From: an uncultured Nitrososphaeraceae archaeon
GTDB taxonomy: Archaea; Thermoproteota; Nitrososphaeria; Nitrososphaerales; Nitrososphaeraceae
Length of the DNA: 64,000 nucleotides
NCBI GenBank assembly: GCA_963729045.1
Contig: CAVSMN010000021.1
Span: 4,664 to 68,663 of the forward strand
Direction of reading: 5' to 3'
Each line of letters starts with the position of its first letter. Positions within the stretch are counted from its first letter, which is position 1. Below are positions 21,491 to 33,428 of the stretch, one piece after another. The notes under the pieces are model-generated. The model was not told the origin of the DNA, searched no databases, and worked only from the letters and a program-made list of their open reading frames with translations. The translations under genes and the position numbers were made by a program.

Positions 21491-22621
21491 ATGAATAATA
21501 AGATAAGTTTGTATATTAAGACCCTTGTTATGGTTGTTCTTGTCATGTTTGGAGTGCTTGTCATTTTCTCTTCTAATATTTTTCCCATAAGTGCCGACTA
21601 TACGAAAATATCAGAAAAACTAATAACAACTCCAACACAAGACCAGTCTACAGCAGATAATGGAAAGAAACTGAAAATAGCTTTTCTAACGGATGGCTTA
21701 TTTAGTGATGCAGGGTGGGGGGCATTCGGATACAATGCAGCACAGGCATTACAGGGAAAATATTCCTATATAGTCGAACTTAAAGAAAACGTGCCTATTC
21801 CAAAAATAGAAGAAACATTAAGAGATTATGCCAAGGCAGGTTATGACTTAATAATATCTCATGGCTTTGAGTGGGGAAAGCCGGCAGTTAATGTAGGTAA
21901 GGATTATCCCGCAGCAAAGTTTGTAATTTTTACAGGACTTGTTAATTCTAGTAATGTGGCTTCAATCTATCCGATGCAACAAGAAGGAACTTATGTGTTA
22001 GGAGCACTTGCAGCAACTATGTCCAAAACAGGCACAATTGGTTTTGTAGGTGGAGAAAGATACCCTAATCTGATCAATATTTATGAAGGATATAGACAAG
22101 GCGCTCAGGATGTTAATCCTAGCGTAAAGGTACTCGTCACATATTTAGACGATTGGGATAATTCCACAAAAGGAAAAAAAGCAGCCATTTCTCAAATAGA
22201 TAGTGGCGCAGACTTTCTATTACATGTGGCTGATACCTCTGGCCAAGGTGTTATTGAAGCTGCTAAAGAAAGAGGAATATACGCCTTTGGTGCAATCTCT
22301 GACCAGAATAAGTTAGCTCCTGAGACAGTACTTACATCCTTTGTATTAGATGCCGAAAAGGCATTTGATCAAGTTATTAAATTAGTAAAAACAGGTAATT
22401 TCAGTGGGCAAATATTTAAGCCAGGGCTAGAATCAGAAAAGGGCTCATCTGGGGAGGGAATCGTGTATATAGCACCATTTCATAACCTTGATCATAATGT
22501 TCCAGAAAACGTAAAGCTATGGTTTGAACAGTTAAAAGAAGATATTGTCAACGGAAAAATCAAAGTACCTGAAAGATATTCCGGTAACATTGGAAACTAC
22601 CTTGCTAATAACACAGGTTAA
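21491..22621 (+). CDS. BMP/PnrA-family substrate-binding protein
   Basis: GYDLIISHGFEW, GALAATMSKTGTIGFVGG, GVIEAAKERG, DQNKLAPETVLTS. Confidence 0.9.
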   Translation: MNNKISLYIKTLVMVVLVMFGVLVIFSSNIFPISADYTKISEKLITTPTQDQSTADNGKKLKIAFLTDGLFSDAGWGAFGYNAAQALQGKYSYIVELKENVPIPKIEETLRDYAKAGYDLIISHGFEWGKPAVNVGKDYPAAKFVIFTGLVNSSNVASIYPMQQEGTYVLGALAATMSKTGTIGFVGGERYPNLINIYEGYRQGAQDVNPSVKVLVTYLDDWDNSTKGKKAAISQIDSGADFLLHVADTSGQGVIEAAKERGIYAFGAISDQNKLAPETVLTSFVLDAEKAFDQVIKLVKTGNFSGQIFKPGLESEKGSSGEGIVYIAPFHNLDHNVPENVKLWFEQLKEDIVNGKIKVPERYSGNIGNYLANNTG

Positions 22622-22680
22622 AATCTTTGACGAATATCTTTTTTTTAATCCTTCTAAAAGTATTGAAATAGTGAAGCAAA

Positions 22681-24638
22681 TTGGGAAAGCGTTTTCTATT
22701 TCTCAGAAGAAAAGAAATGACCATTGTTTCAATAATACTATTAATTGCTGGATCTTATTCTTTATTATTCTTCCAACAAAATATTGCAGAACAGAATATT
22801 AGAGACAGTCTTTTTCTAGCTCATAGGAATAATCAGATAGAGGTTACAAAGGGTCTTTCAGAGCATGTTAGTGCCGATCTTCGATTGGTAGCATCGATTC
22901 TCCAAGGATTATCCGATTCTATTTATTTGCAACAGGGAGAATTGTATGGCGATAGGGTTGGAAACCTAATAGAAGAACGATTTAATGAAATAAACAACAT
23001 TAGTAAAATCGATGGGCTTTTTATCGCAGACAAAAATAATATAATAACGCATAATAAGGTATCAGAAGGACAAAGGAGTTTTGTCAATATAGATATTTCA
23101 CTTAGAGATTACGTAAATGAAACAAAGAGGACTTTAAATCCCGTATTTTCAAATGGCTTCAAAGGAATTGATGGCACTTATAAAATAGCATTAACTTCTC
23201 CTATAATAAATAGAGATACTCAAGAATACCTCGGAATGGTCGGAGTGGAAATACCATCTGTTGATTTCTTTGCACGATACGGAAATGTATATAACATCAG
23301 ATTCACAATTTTTGGTAGCGTATGATCGAAATTCAAATTATATATCCACTCCTAGAACCAACTTTTTAGGGACAAGCTTATTTAGTGATGAAGTTCAGCG
23401 CTTTTTCAATTTTAACTCATATCCAAAACAAATATTATCAAGGTGTTTTTGATGGTCGACTATTTGGAGGATATGCCATATATGATTTTGGAACTGGAGA
23501 AAGACTTAATACTGGATATCCTGTTTCTGTTGATGGAAACTCCAAATATTTCGTTTTCCTAATTACGCCTACAGCATCGGTTTACTCTGATATTGATGAG
23601 ACTTTATCTGCAGAAAGATCAAAGTTTTATTTGTTGATTGCGGGGATTACTACTACAATTGTAATTTTGGTTTTATTTTTAGTAAAACTGAATAGTATAT
23701 TGAATGAACAAGTTAAGAGAAGAACAAAAGATTTAGAGGAATCAAACAAACGCCTTAAAATTGCTAATGAAAAACTTAATATTCATGACAAAATGCAAAA
23801 GGACTTTATCAATATAGCAGCCCATGAACTAAGAACCCCTACTCAGGCGATATCAGGAAATTTGGAATTGATCAAAATGACTTATGTTCCTTCTATTTTC
23901 CAAACGTCCCCGCCAGATAAAATAGGCATTAAAGGTGAATTAGAGAGACTGGTCAAAGATGAAGATAGGCTACATGATTTTACATATACACTTGTATCAA
24001 CACATAGAAATGCACAAAGACTAGAGAAATTGGTGAATGATATTTTAGATACTGCACGAATTGAGGGTAATCGTCTTGAGTTGCATAAAGAATCCTTTAA
24101 TTTAAACGAAAAAATACAGAATGTAATTAAAGATATCCACAATAAGACTAATCTTAGTTCACATTATGGTAATTCCTATACTTCTTTTAACATAGTTTTT
24201 GAACCGCAAGAAGATCCCATCATGGTATCTGCAGATAAAATAAGGATTTTCGAAGTTCTTTCAAACGTGATAAATAATGCGATAAAATTTTCAAATGGTG
24301 AACCCATCACTATTTCAGCTAAAAATTTTCAAAAAAATGAAATTGGAGCGATGATAAGTAGTAATCATAATAATGAATTAGTCGACACCGAAAATACAAG
24401 GGAAAATGAAGATGAAAAGGTGGTGGTGGTATCAGTTAGGGATAGAGGAACAGGCATAGACTCTGATATTCTACCAAGGTTATTTACAAAGTTTGCTACA
24501 AAATCAGATCAAGGTACAGGACTAGGACTGTATATAGCAAAAAGTATTATTGACGCTCATGGTGGGATTATATGGGCTGAAAATAACAAAGATGGAAAAG
24601 GGGCTACGTTTTATTTCACATTGCCATTAACTAAATGA
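22681..24638 (+). CDS. Cache-sensor histidine kinase (frameshifts near 23298 and 23417)
   Basis: Three consecutive ORFs give TM-Cache-TM-HisKA (AAHELRTP)-HATPase (NAIKF, DRGTGI, GTGLGL). Confidence 0.9.
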
Positions 24639-24721
24639 TCATAGGATACATTATCGCCAATTTTCTATGCCTATCATTTTCTCTTTATTCATTAAATGCA
24701 TTATGGGAACCTAAATAAACA

Positions 24722-24778
24722 AACCCATTTGGATATCCTCATGATTTCCACCGAACACGCTACCTATTTTAGTAACGA
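24722..24778 (+). repeat. Dispersed modular element, A-linker-E
   Basis: ATTTGGATATCCTCATGATTT-CCACCGAACAC-GCTACCTATTTTAGTAACGA. Confidence 0.92.
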
Positions 24779-24930
24779 TATAGGAAGGTATAAGATATAG
24801 GGCTAATACTTAATTTTCATCTTTTTAAAACAAATCTTTTTTGTGTTTTCATCTTCACAATTGAGATGGGAAAAACGACCATTTGACTATTTTGAGAGTA
24901 AAGGTCAGATAAACGATCTTTTGGATTCTG

Positions 24931-25098
24931 TTATTTTATTTCCTTTTTTGCGCATGAATCACAGTATTTTTCTATCATGGTAGCTCCCTCTACAGTGAAT
25001 ATTGCTTCCTGAGTAGCCGTATTACCGCAACTTACACAGTATTTTGTCTTTCCGCCAAGGTCAACGAATGCCCTTATCGATGAAAAATTCTTTTCCAT
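24931..25098 (-). CDS. Zinc-finger microprotein, 55 aa
   Basis: MEKNFSSIRAF...CVSCGNTATQEA...IEKYCDSC; probable start ATG 25098. Confidence 0.7.
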   Translation of the reverse strand: MEKNFSSIRAFVDLGGKTKYCVSCGNTATQEAIFTVEGATMIEKYCDSCAKKEIK

Positions 25099-25430
25099 TC
25101 TATGTCTCCATTTTATTATTATGCAATTGCACTTATAGTATCTGTTTGCTAGATGTGAGCCAAATTTATGTAAAAAACTATTAGCAGATGAATGTTTTAT
25201 GCTCATTGGTGAATTTAATTTATTTTTTCTGCAGTAGTTTTTTGTATAAAAACAGAGGACAAGTTAAATAGAGCATCCAAAGAATTTAGAAAATCCATTC
25301 CTAGACTTAAAGGATCTTTACAAGTTACTAGATTATCATTTGATCTATTTCCTTCACTTTTGAATCAAATCACTAATTGCCCGCATTAAAATAGAGAACG
25401 CATATTTATGGTAGTTGATCATAGTCGAAA

Positions 25431-25468
25431 CGTCCAAACCCTTATACCATGAGGAACTTAGTCCCCCA
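25431..25468 (+). repeat. Dispersed modular element, linker-D
   Basis: CGTCCAAACCC-TTATACCATGAGGAACTTAGTC-CCCC. Confidence 0.75.
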
Positions 25469-25602
25469 AGAAGCCTATGAATTTTTCTTTACATATTAGA
25501 AAGAAAATTGGGTTCATCGTTTGACTAATCACTGGATATCAATTAAAGGATAAATAGAAGATGGTAATTGTTTTAATAATTTGTTATACATATTGTTAAG
25601 TT

Positions 25603-25713
25603 ATGTATGAAAAACATACGATAAAATGTTCGTCGTGTGGTAGATTATTTACATCAAAAGAAGATGAGACTGTCTGTGATAAGTGTTCCAAAGAGCTTGA
25701 GAATATAAAATAA
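25603..25713 (+). CDS. Zinc-finger microprotein, 36 aa (not in ORF track)
   Basis: MYEKHTIKCSSCGRLFTSKEDETVCDKCSKELENIK*; paralog of 9170-9295. Confidence 0.7.
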   Translation: MYEKHTIKCSSCGRLFTSKEDETVCDKCSKELENIK

Positions 25714-25872
25714 TTTCTACTTTAATCTAGCTTTGTAAAATGATAGTTAATGAAACTCTATAGCCACGTTTACTACCATGTAACTCTTTTAATTAGGTTG
25801 AAGTCAATCTCAATTGGATCGAGATATTGGAGGAGAGTATATACAGGAAATGATGACAATAACTTTTAGAGC

Positions 25873-26592
25873 ATGATATTTACTCAAAGTAGTGTCAAAA
25901 TTTATTCATCTTTTGTCTTCGTATTTTTTTTCCTATTCTTGGCACTAAATTTCATTTATACAGAATCAAATCAATATATAGTAAAGAATATTGTTTTTGC
26001 CCAAACTCTTGATAACCTAACACTATCTACTATGATTAATCAAGGCTCTCCTTATTATGGAAATCTTAGCTCTCCATTAGTGGTTATAGATTTTAGCGAT
26101 TTTCAATGTCATCTATGTAAAAGATATGTAGATAATACAGAACAACAAATCAATTCTTCCTATGTCCAACCAGACAAAGCAATCTATGTATTTAAACATC
26201 TTCCAAACAGAGGATTTGATTCGAAAAACGCTTCATTAGCAGCACAATGTACAAATGACCAAGGACAATTCTGGGAGTTTCATAAGATTTTGTATGCAAA
26301 TCAAGGTCCAATAGATTCCGGTTGGGTCAATACTGAAAACTTGAAGAAATTTGCTTCACAGTTACCTGATATCAATATTACTGAGTTTAACTCATGTTTT
26401 GATACTAAAAAATATGAATCATTCATAGACAAAGATATTGCCTTGGCAAATTCATTAGGATTTACAGAAACTCCATCTTTCATAATAATGAACAGCGAAG
26501 GTTCCATTATCGAAAAAATTCAGGGTCCAAAGCCATTTCCAATATTTAAGACAGTTATTGATAACCTGGAAAACAAGATAACTAAGAATTAG
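25873..26592 (+). CDS. DsbA-family thiol-disulfide oxidoreductase
   Basis: FSDFQCHLC, AAQCTNDQGQFWEFH, cis-Pro motif TETPSF. Confidence 0.9.
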   Translation: MIFTQSSVKIYSSFVFVFFFLFLALNFIYTESNQYIVKNIVFAQTLDNLTLSTMINQGSPYYGNLSSPLVVIDFSDFQCHLCKRYVDNTEQQINSSYVQPDKAIYVFKHLPNRGFDSKNASLAAQCTNDQGQFWEFHKILYANQGPIDSGWVNTENLKKFASQLPDINITEFNSCFDTKKYESFIDKDIALANSLGFTETPSFIIMNSEGSIIEKIQGPKPFPIFKTVIDNLENKITKN

Positions 26593-27081
26593 ATGTCAGG
26601 ATTTTTTGCATTCAAAGTAGTATACGGTTCAAATCCAATTTTGTATATCGGATTAACCATTCTGGTATTTACTGTCTTTTGGATTTTTTTTAATGCATTT
26701 GATGAGCTGCTATATTTTTCACCGATCCTTTATTTTTATCTACCAAAAGACGCTATAGTCGGATTTGTTTTATCTACTATCAGTGCACTGCTTCTGGGAG
26801 TTCTTGTTTCAATGAATATTTACCTATTGAGAAATTCAAGTATTAGATTTAATAAATCGTTAATTTCGAGTTCATTTTTTACAATATTATCTAGTGCTTG
26901 CGCCAGCTGTTCTTCAATTGGATTTGTAATCATTTCTACTTTTGGGAGCGCAGGGGTAATTGCTACTGCCTTTCTTACAAATTATCAGATTCCACTAAGA
27001 TTGCTTGCAATTGGTGTTTTGATTTTAGCTCTATATACTGTTTATCGCAAAATTACAAACAGTTGTTCATTAAATAATTAA
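26593..27081 (+). CDS. Membrane protein with CxxC motif, likely DsbA redox partner
   Basis: About four TM helices, ACASCS motif, starts immediately after the DsbA stop. Confidence 0.7.
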   Translation: MSGFFAFKVVYGSNPILYIGLTILVFTVFWIFFNAFDELLYFSPILYFYLPKDAIVGFVLSTISALLLGVLVSMNIYLLRNSSIRFNKSLISSSFFTILSSACASCSSIGFVIISTFGSAGVIATAFLTNYQIPLRLLAIGVLILALYTVYRKITNSCSLNN

Positions 27082-27500
27082 TAATATGAAAATTCATGAT
27101 GAAAGTAATCGTTTGGTTTAGGTATATCCCGAACAGGAAATAAGTAGTAAGTCGGTAAATTAAAATAATAAATATCGCTCAACGAGAAAATGCTGATAAA
27201 ATATAGATAGATCCCTTATTCTGTTTAAAATTACCGTGATCCTGAAAGTATTGACTATCACTTTGGTAAATCTCCTTTAATATTTGGTGTTAGTGGCAAC
27301 CCGGAATTCACAAGAGATCCACATATTATACAGTAATTATTTTGATTTGAGGGTTCCCATTTTTATTAATTATCTTTGATTAAGAAATTTTTTCACGTAT
27401 AATGACATAATAATTATCAACCAGATTTACGGAAGGGTTTACGAATGAAATTTGTAATATATATGAAATAATAAAGTTGTGGTGGTGGTAGTGGCGGTGG

Positions 27501-27842
27501 TTAGTTTACAATTACTTTTCCTGTCATAGTGGGATGTAATTTGCAATGATAATCAAAAGTACCCGATTGATCGAACATGTATTCAAAAGTTTGATCTGGT
27601 CTGAGATCGTCTGAACTAAAAATATCATTATTTTCTGTTACTGTATGAACACCAAAGTCGGTATTATCCATGTGACTGTATCACCTTGGCTTATAGTTAT
27701 AGGATTTGGATTGTATGCTTTATCTCCTAGTGTAGAAGCATCCGAAACTATTGATACTTCACTATTTGATTGTGCATAGGCAACTGGAATTATAGAGATG
27801 ACTAATGTCAATGCAATCGATATTAATACGTAACATTTCCAT
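27501..27842 (-). CDS. Blue (type 1) copper protein, plastocyanin/azurin family, frameshifted (not in ORF track)
   Basis: Signal peptide; AYNPNPITISQGDTVTW/NTDFGVHTVT...FDYHCKLHPTMTGKVIVN*; His, Cys, His, Met ligands intact. Confidence 0.85.
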
Positions 27843-27959
27843 TAGAGTAAAATTCAATCTATTATATTTCCTTTAGTTATTTTCTGTTTTGAGAATGATG
27901 TATTCTTAATCCTTGAAATAGTATGAATATAATATCAATATGTCACACTGGTTCTGCAT

Positions 27960-28650
27960 GAATTATTACTCGAGATGCTCCAGTGTTTTTTGCTTAATGG
28001 ATATATAATGACCTCATCTTTGATTGAACCAGGGGCATTTTCCTCTAAAACTTTATCTACATTATCGTTTAGTCCCCTTTGTGTGATTCTATTCTTGTTA
28101 CCAATGATCCAATTAATTGAGTCATGCAGCTTTAATAGCTACATTCGAGTCTTCCCTGAATCACAATAATACCTTCGGATGAACTAATCCGATCCATATC
28201 TGCCTCAGGATCATAATCTATCGCGCCAGTATCATATTCAGTATAGTTAAACTTTGATATTGCGTTAGACTATCTAGGTTCTGTTTGGTCGACATACGAT
28301 ATCCTACAAATTTACAGGAAATCCACAATCTGTTTTACCCATTAGATTACGAAAAGTTGGTACACGCCTCATCTTACAATCTTTCATATCCTTTAATTCA
28401 GGTTATTGTCAAACGTTTATTTCCTTCTTGTTCTAATAGTATTTGGAATCCAATTATTCTACCGGGATCGATATTGATGCCACTCTGTTCTAGTCAATTA
28501 CCTGAATTCATCTCAATTGACAAAGTGTTATCTTATATATCAAATTCCATGCACACTTGTGGCCTCACTTCACAGTAAGTATTTTTTGTTTTAATGTCCT
28601 GGTACTAACTCTTGTTCTCTTCCTGGTATTTCCCAATACTCCGTTCATAA
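27960..28650 (-). pseudogene. Heavily degraded gene remnant whose 5' end is duplicated at ~29630-29720
   Basis: ATGAAC...GGACATTAAAACAAAAAATA start shared with ~29720; many stops. Confidence 0.3.
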
Positions 28651-28847
28651 TTCGACTGTACTTGGGTATTTTGTATCTATGGTCAAAATATGGCAAAATA
28701 ACACAACCGTTAAATACCAATTACTATAAATAAGTATTAGTAATGAGACAGATTAAAAAAACCTACTTTATTCATAAACAGAACAATGTAGGATTTGAAC
28801 TTAAAAGGAATTATCTGGAAAGATCAAAACAAGATGGATTTATTTAA

Positions 28848-29435
28848 ATGATTCAAAAAATAAGATCCTCCATTAATACCTATGGATTGTTATCCGCTTT
28901 TTCCATCTCTATGTTTGTACTGGTAATGTTTGCATTTGATCATTCAAATTATGCTACAGTATTTTTTATTCCGAACGCATATGCTATCAATAATACTGAG
29001 GCAATAGGTGGTCTGGCCACAACTGTTGATTTAGGTAGTCCATTTTTTGTTCAGAAATATTAGCATGATCCTGAGCCGCCAAAATCGGAATCTGAACCAA
29101 ATCTTTATGTGAACCATACAAACGATGGAATAATCAATGGAAACTTGAGCGTCGTTCATGTGGGAAACGACACTGAGACTCTCAGAAATAATAACACAGT
29201 CTATCTCCAAGGTAACTATAGTCTAACGTCTCATAATGGTATGGATACGGCAAGTTATAATTTCCAAGGAATAGGTACCTATGGTCCAAACGACACGTAC
29301 GAAAGTAAGGGCGTGGCAATTTTTGATGAAGTCGCTACTGGAAAACTATCATCCCTAGCGAATTCAGTTGCCATCTATAAGGTCAAGGTTGATGCCAATG
29401 ATAACGGGGCATTTCTTATGTGGCACTGGAAGTAA
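28848..29435 (+). pseudogene. Secreted beta-rich protein (ends FLMWHWK) with in-frame TAG at 29061-29063
   Basis: ORFs 28848-29063 and 29109-29435 share a frame; paralog at 49650-50176. Confidence 0.75.
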
Positions 29436-30181
29436 GATATGTGGCACTGAAAAACTATAACCTAGAATTAAGAGTCAATGCGGGAATGGCACATAAGAGC
29501 AGCAAAATATTTCGATACAGTTTAACCAATTGGAGGAATGGACCTGGAAACCTCAACTATTACAGGAATAAATAATACGGAAGTGGCCGCCTTTCTTCAT
29601 AGAATTGTAAAAGCCAGCACACTTTGACTGGCACTTCACAATGAAATATTTTTTGTTTTAATGTCCAGATCGTAATACTTGTTATAATTCTGGGATTTTC
29701 CCGAAATTCTGTTCATAATTCCAAAGTTATACCACCTTTAAATTAAATAACGATAGAAGATTAAAATTAAAAAACGGAAGGCTTTCTTGATAACTTTGAT
29801 GTTTGCATCTATCGAAACGAAGCCGCAGTGTAAATTTCATCAAATTGCGATATGGTATTAGTTTATTCTATTCCAATGATTTTATAAATCATATAATTAC
29901 ATTTTCTAATAGTTAGTATCTACACCGATAGTTAAATACATCAATACATCAATATATTATTCATTTTTTAATATTTTTTTGGTTAGGTCGTACATATTAT
30001 GGCGAATATATGAGGTCAAAACCAAAAAGTATAGCAAGCAATAAATAGCAATCGAAAGAAACGAGCATTACTGATGATACAGAATAATAACTATTACTTT
30101 TTTAATAAACAGTACAGTTTAAGAATTGAACATAAAAGAAATCATTTAGAAAGATCAAAATACTTGGTGGGATTTAATTAA

Positions 30182-31645
30182 ATGGTTAACAAAATAAGGT
30201 CCTCTATTAATAGCCGTGGCTTTGTATACACTTTTTCCATCTCTATGTTTGTTTATGATGATTATGTTTGCATTTGAATCATTCAAATTATAATGCTTTA
30301 GCCCAAAATCAATCTTCACCTTTGGCTGGAATGAACTTTTCAAAGCCTGTAGATGTATATAGTAAAGATGGAGTTTTGAAAACTACACTAGTTGCAGATT
30401 ACAAGATAGGTCAAGTTGATAACCAGACAATTACTGGAATGGTCTATAATGGTTCGCTCCGGGGCCCGCTTTCCATGTCTATCCTGGAGATAGAGTTGAA
30501 ATTGATTTAGTAAACAATCTCAATGAATCTACCAATCTCCATTTCCATGGAGTTCATGTATCTCCTGGAAATAATTCGGACAATGTATTTCTTGATGTTG
30601 CGCCAGGTAAGACACAGCATTATGTTCTCGATATTCCAAAAGATCACGAACCAGGTACGAATTGGTATCATTCACATTTGCATAAACTTTCTTATGGACA
30701 AGTTTCGGCAGGTCTGTCTGGGCTTGTTTATTGTTGAAGGTTTAGAAAAGTTATTGCCAGAGCCATTACAGAATATCACACAACATACCATTGCCATGAG
30801 AGATTTTCCATTTGACAATCTATTCGTTACTACAGATGATTTGAGTAATACGATGACAGGCCATGAAAGCCTAACTGTTAACGGTGAAGTCAACCCGACT
30901 ATCAACATTACATCAGGAGAGACCCAGCTTATGGCGTCTTGCAAACATCGGTCCTGAGAATGAACTACATATTCCACTGCCTGGCAATACATTCAATGTT
31001 ATAGCAGAAGATGGAAGCCCAGTTTGGAAGGTGTGGAATAATGATACTCTTTTCTTACCTTCTGGAAAACGGTTTGATGTATTGGTGACTGCCAACGGGA
31101 GCGGGTCTATTCCATTAGGATCCTGTTAATACCATTTACTGCACCATATGATTCACACATTGCGACTGTAAATATACAAGGTAACCAAACCAGATGAAAA
31201 ACCTGCAGATATCCTTCCAACAAGCTTAATTCCAAAGAGAGACCTCAAGTAATGCGAACATAACTAATCATAGAGTCCTTAATTTCTCATCAAACGATAG
31301 AGATTGGATATACATGATAAATAACACGACCTTTGATCCTAACAGAGTAGATATAACAGCGAAGCTTGGAACTGTAGAGGAGTGGAAGTTAGTAAACCTT
31401 GATAAAATCTCATCTGGCAATATTCATCCATTTCATATCCATGTAAATGATTTTCAGGTAATGTCAGTTAACGGAAAACCATATGACGCTCACGGATACC
31501 AAGATACAGTTATTATTCCGACTGAGGAGGTGAAGTGGTTATTAGGATACCGTTTGATGATTTTGTAGGAAAAACTGTTTATCACTGCCACTTGATGTTC
31601 CATGGGGACTTTGGCATGATGGGTATCCTTGAGATCGTTAAATAG
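30182..31645 (+). CDS. Three-domain multicopper oxidase, multiply frameshifted
   Basis: NLHFHG, WYHSHLH, HPFHIH and HCHLMFHGDFGMM copper motifs recovered across frames. Confidence 0.88.
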
Positions 31646-31657
31646 GTGATGATGTGA

Positions 31658-32231
31658 TTGGAGATTAGTAAAATGTTTAAGACAAATATATCCCAAAAAG
31701 GAAAAACAGTGGCTTTGTTCGTTGTACTAGCCTTTGCCGTAGCCGGACTTACAGCAGTAACCTTTCTTTCAGATCCGTTTGCGTTAGCGCAAAGCCCCGG
31801 AATTGACCCAAATGATTGTTTTAGGTCAAACGTTACAATAGATACTTGTCCTACAAACCCAAATATCCAAAGCTCAAAATGACACAACGGATTGTTTTAA
31901 GAAAATTGAAGAAACCAAGGTAGGGACTGGCGAAATTCAAAACTACACAAAAACCGTTCAGAACTTTAACTCCTTATACCTACTAACAACAAAATAACAG
32001 CAATAAATGAGAATATTGCTGGAGGTAGCGGTCCAGTAACTGATATGGATGGCGTATGGGATTTAATGAAAAATCAAACTATGACTCGACAAGATAGACA
32101 AATGGTATTGGACGAAGTTAATATTCTCTTGGCAGACGCCAAACCCGGGTTTACCAAAATACAAAACGGATGAACTAAGTTTGTGTATCACCACTGAACT
32201 CAATTCTTTAGGTCCTGCACTTAACTATTAG
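31658..32231 (+). CDS. Secreted hypothetical protein, frameshifted
   Basis: Signal peptide; coding-like sequence continues in other frames (NDTTDCFKKIEE...LCITTELNSLGPALNY*). Confidence 0.55.
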
Positions 32232-32503
32232 GCCCACCCTTTTTTCTATAGACAAGACAATAGCCTGCAAGATTATCATTTCTTTTCATCTATTATTTTT
32301 GTCGCGAACCTCGACACTCAAAGAGACTGACCACTGAACCTGAATCCCAACAATCAAGATGTTATAATAGTTCCATGTCATTTTTGCCGCCTAGCCCACT
32401 CGATTCGCAATTGTATACTGCGTTCAATATCTTGCCCAATAAAAATCCGAAGTGGGATATATTTAATACACAAACTCTTAAAACTTTTCAAAAATTTATT
32501 ATA

Positions 32504-32593
32504 GACTCGTGTGAAATTTAATACTCGTCCAATCGAACCATTATACCATACAGAACTTAATCATTATAAATCAACTCTTCATTTTGGTAACGA
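32504..32593 (+). repeat. Dispersed modular element, C-linker-D-(degenerate linker)-E
   Basis: GTGTGAAATTTAATACTCGTC-CAATCGAACCA-TTATACCATACAGAACTTAATC-N11-ACTCTTCATTTTGGTAACGA. Confidence 0.88.
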
Positions 32594-33002
32594 TATCCAA
32601 TAGAAGTCAAGCCAAAAACCCTATCCTAAATTCTTCCTTTTCACATACAAGAACAAAGTATACAGTATCACAAATAGTAATCAAGTTAAAGACATCTAAT
32701 ACTCTGATTCCGTAATATTTATGTCCTATTAAGTCATATAATCAACTTTTAGACTCTAACACAGACGTTATAATATTTGAATGAAACATAAGCAAAACTA
32801 TGTCTCAGGCTACCAACTATCAGTAATTCATGGGCTTATCATACGATAAAAAGGATAAATAAAATTCATAGTAATTTTTGTTTTGGGTTTATTATTTGCT
32901 AGATAATACACTTATCATATTACTTTGTCTTGGCTATTCACAGAAGATGATCATTAAACATGACAAAGAGTTTATCAATAATATCGATGTAGAATTGGAG
33001 AA

Positions 33003-33227
33003 ATGAAAACATGTGAAATTTGTGGCGGTACAGTATCATCTGGAACTACCACCACTATATGTTCATCTTGTACCAGTATTAAAGAATCTACAACGGCTTC
33101 AAGAGGTTCTCTTGAAGATCATATATGTGGTTGTATCAATACAGACAGAAGAAATTGCCCATGGTGCAAGAAACCATGCCATCATGATACATCCTTGAAC
33201 CCTAAGATATTAATTTCACCAATGTGA
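33003..33227 (+). CDS. Small double zinc-finger protein
   Basis: CEIC...CSSC; HICGC...CPWCKKPCHH. Confidence 0.7.
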   Translation: MKTCEICGGTVSSGTTTTICSSCTSIKESTTASRGSLEDHICGCINTDRRNCPWCKKPCHHDTSLNPKILISPM

Positions 33228-33428
33228 TATCTAGCCCACAACTACTTCAGTCCTAATAAGAAATGGTGTTAAACTAGAAAATACCTGCATAATTCTTAAG
33301 GATTGGATTTGAGATGTATTAGGTATGGTCATCGTTCAAAAACATTTACCTTTACCTTCATTCTAATACGACCTCAACGAATCCTCAGTATGTACTTTAT
33401 CTATTTTTCCTTAATAGTTGAAATGCAA

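Noticed and set aside
29061-29063. In-frame TAG as possible pyrrolysine or readthrough codon
   Set aside because: The paralog at 49650-50176 has Glu (GAG) at the equivalent position, so a single nonsense change or base error is simpler. No pyl genes are seen.
29417-29449. 12-bp direct repeat TATGTGGCACTG around a stop codon
   Set aside because: Only 9 nt separate the copies. This fits a local slippage duplication, with no inserted element to make it a target-site duplication.
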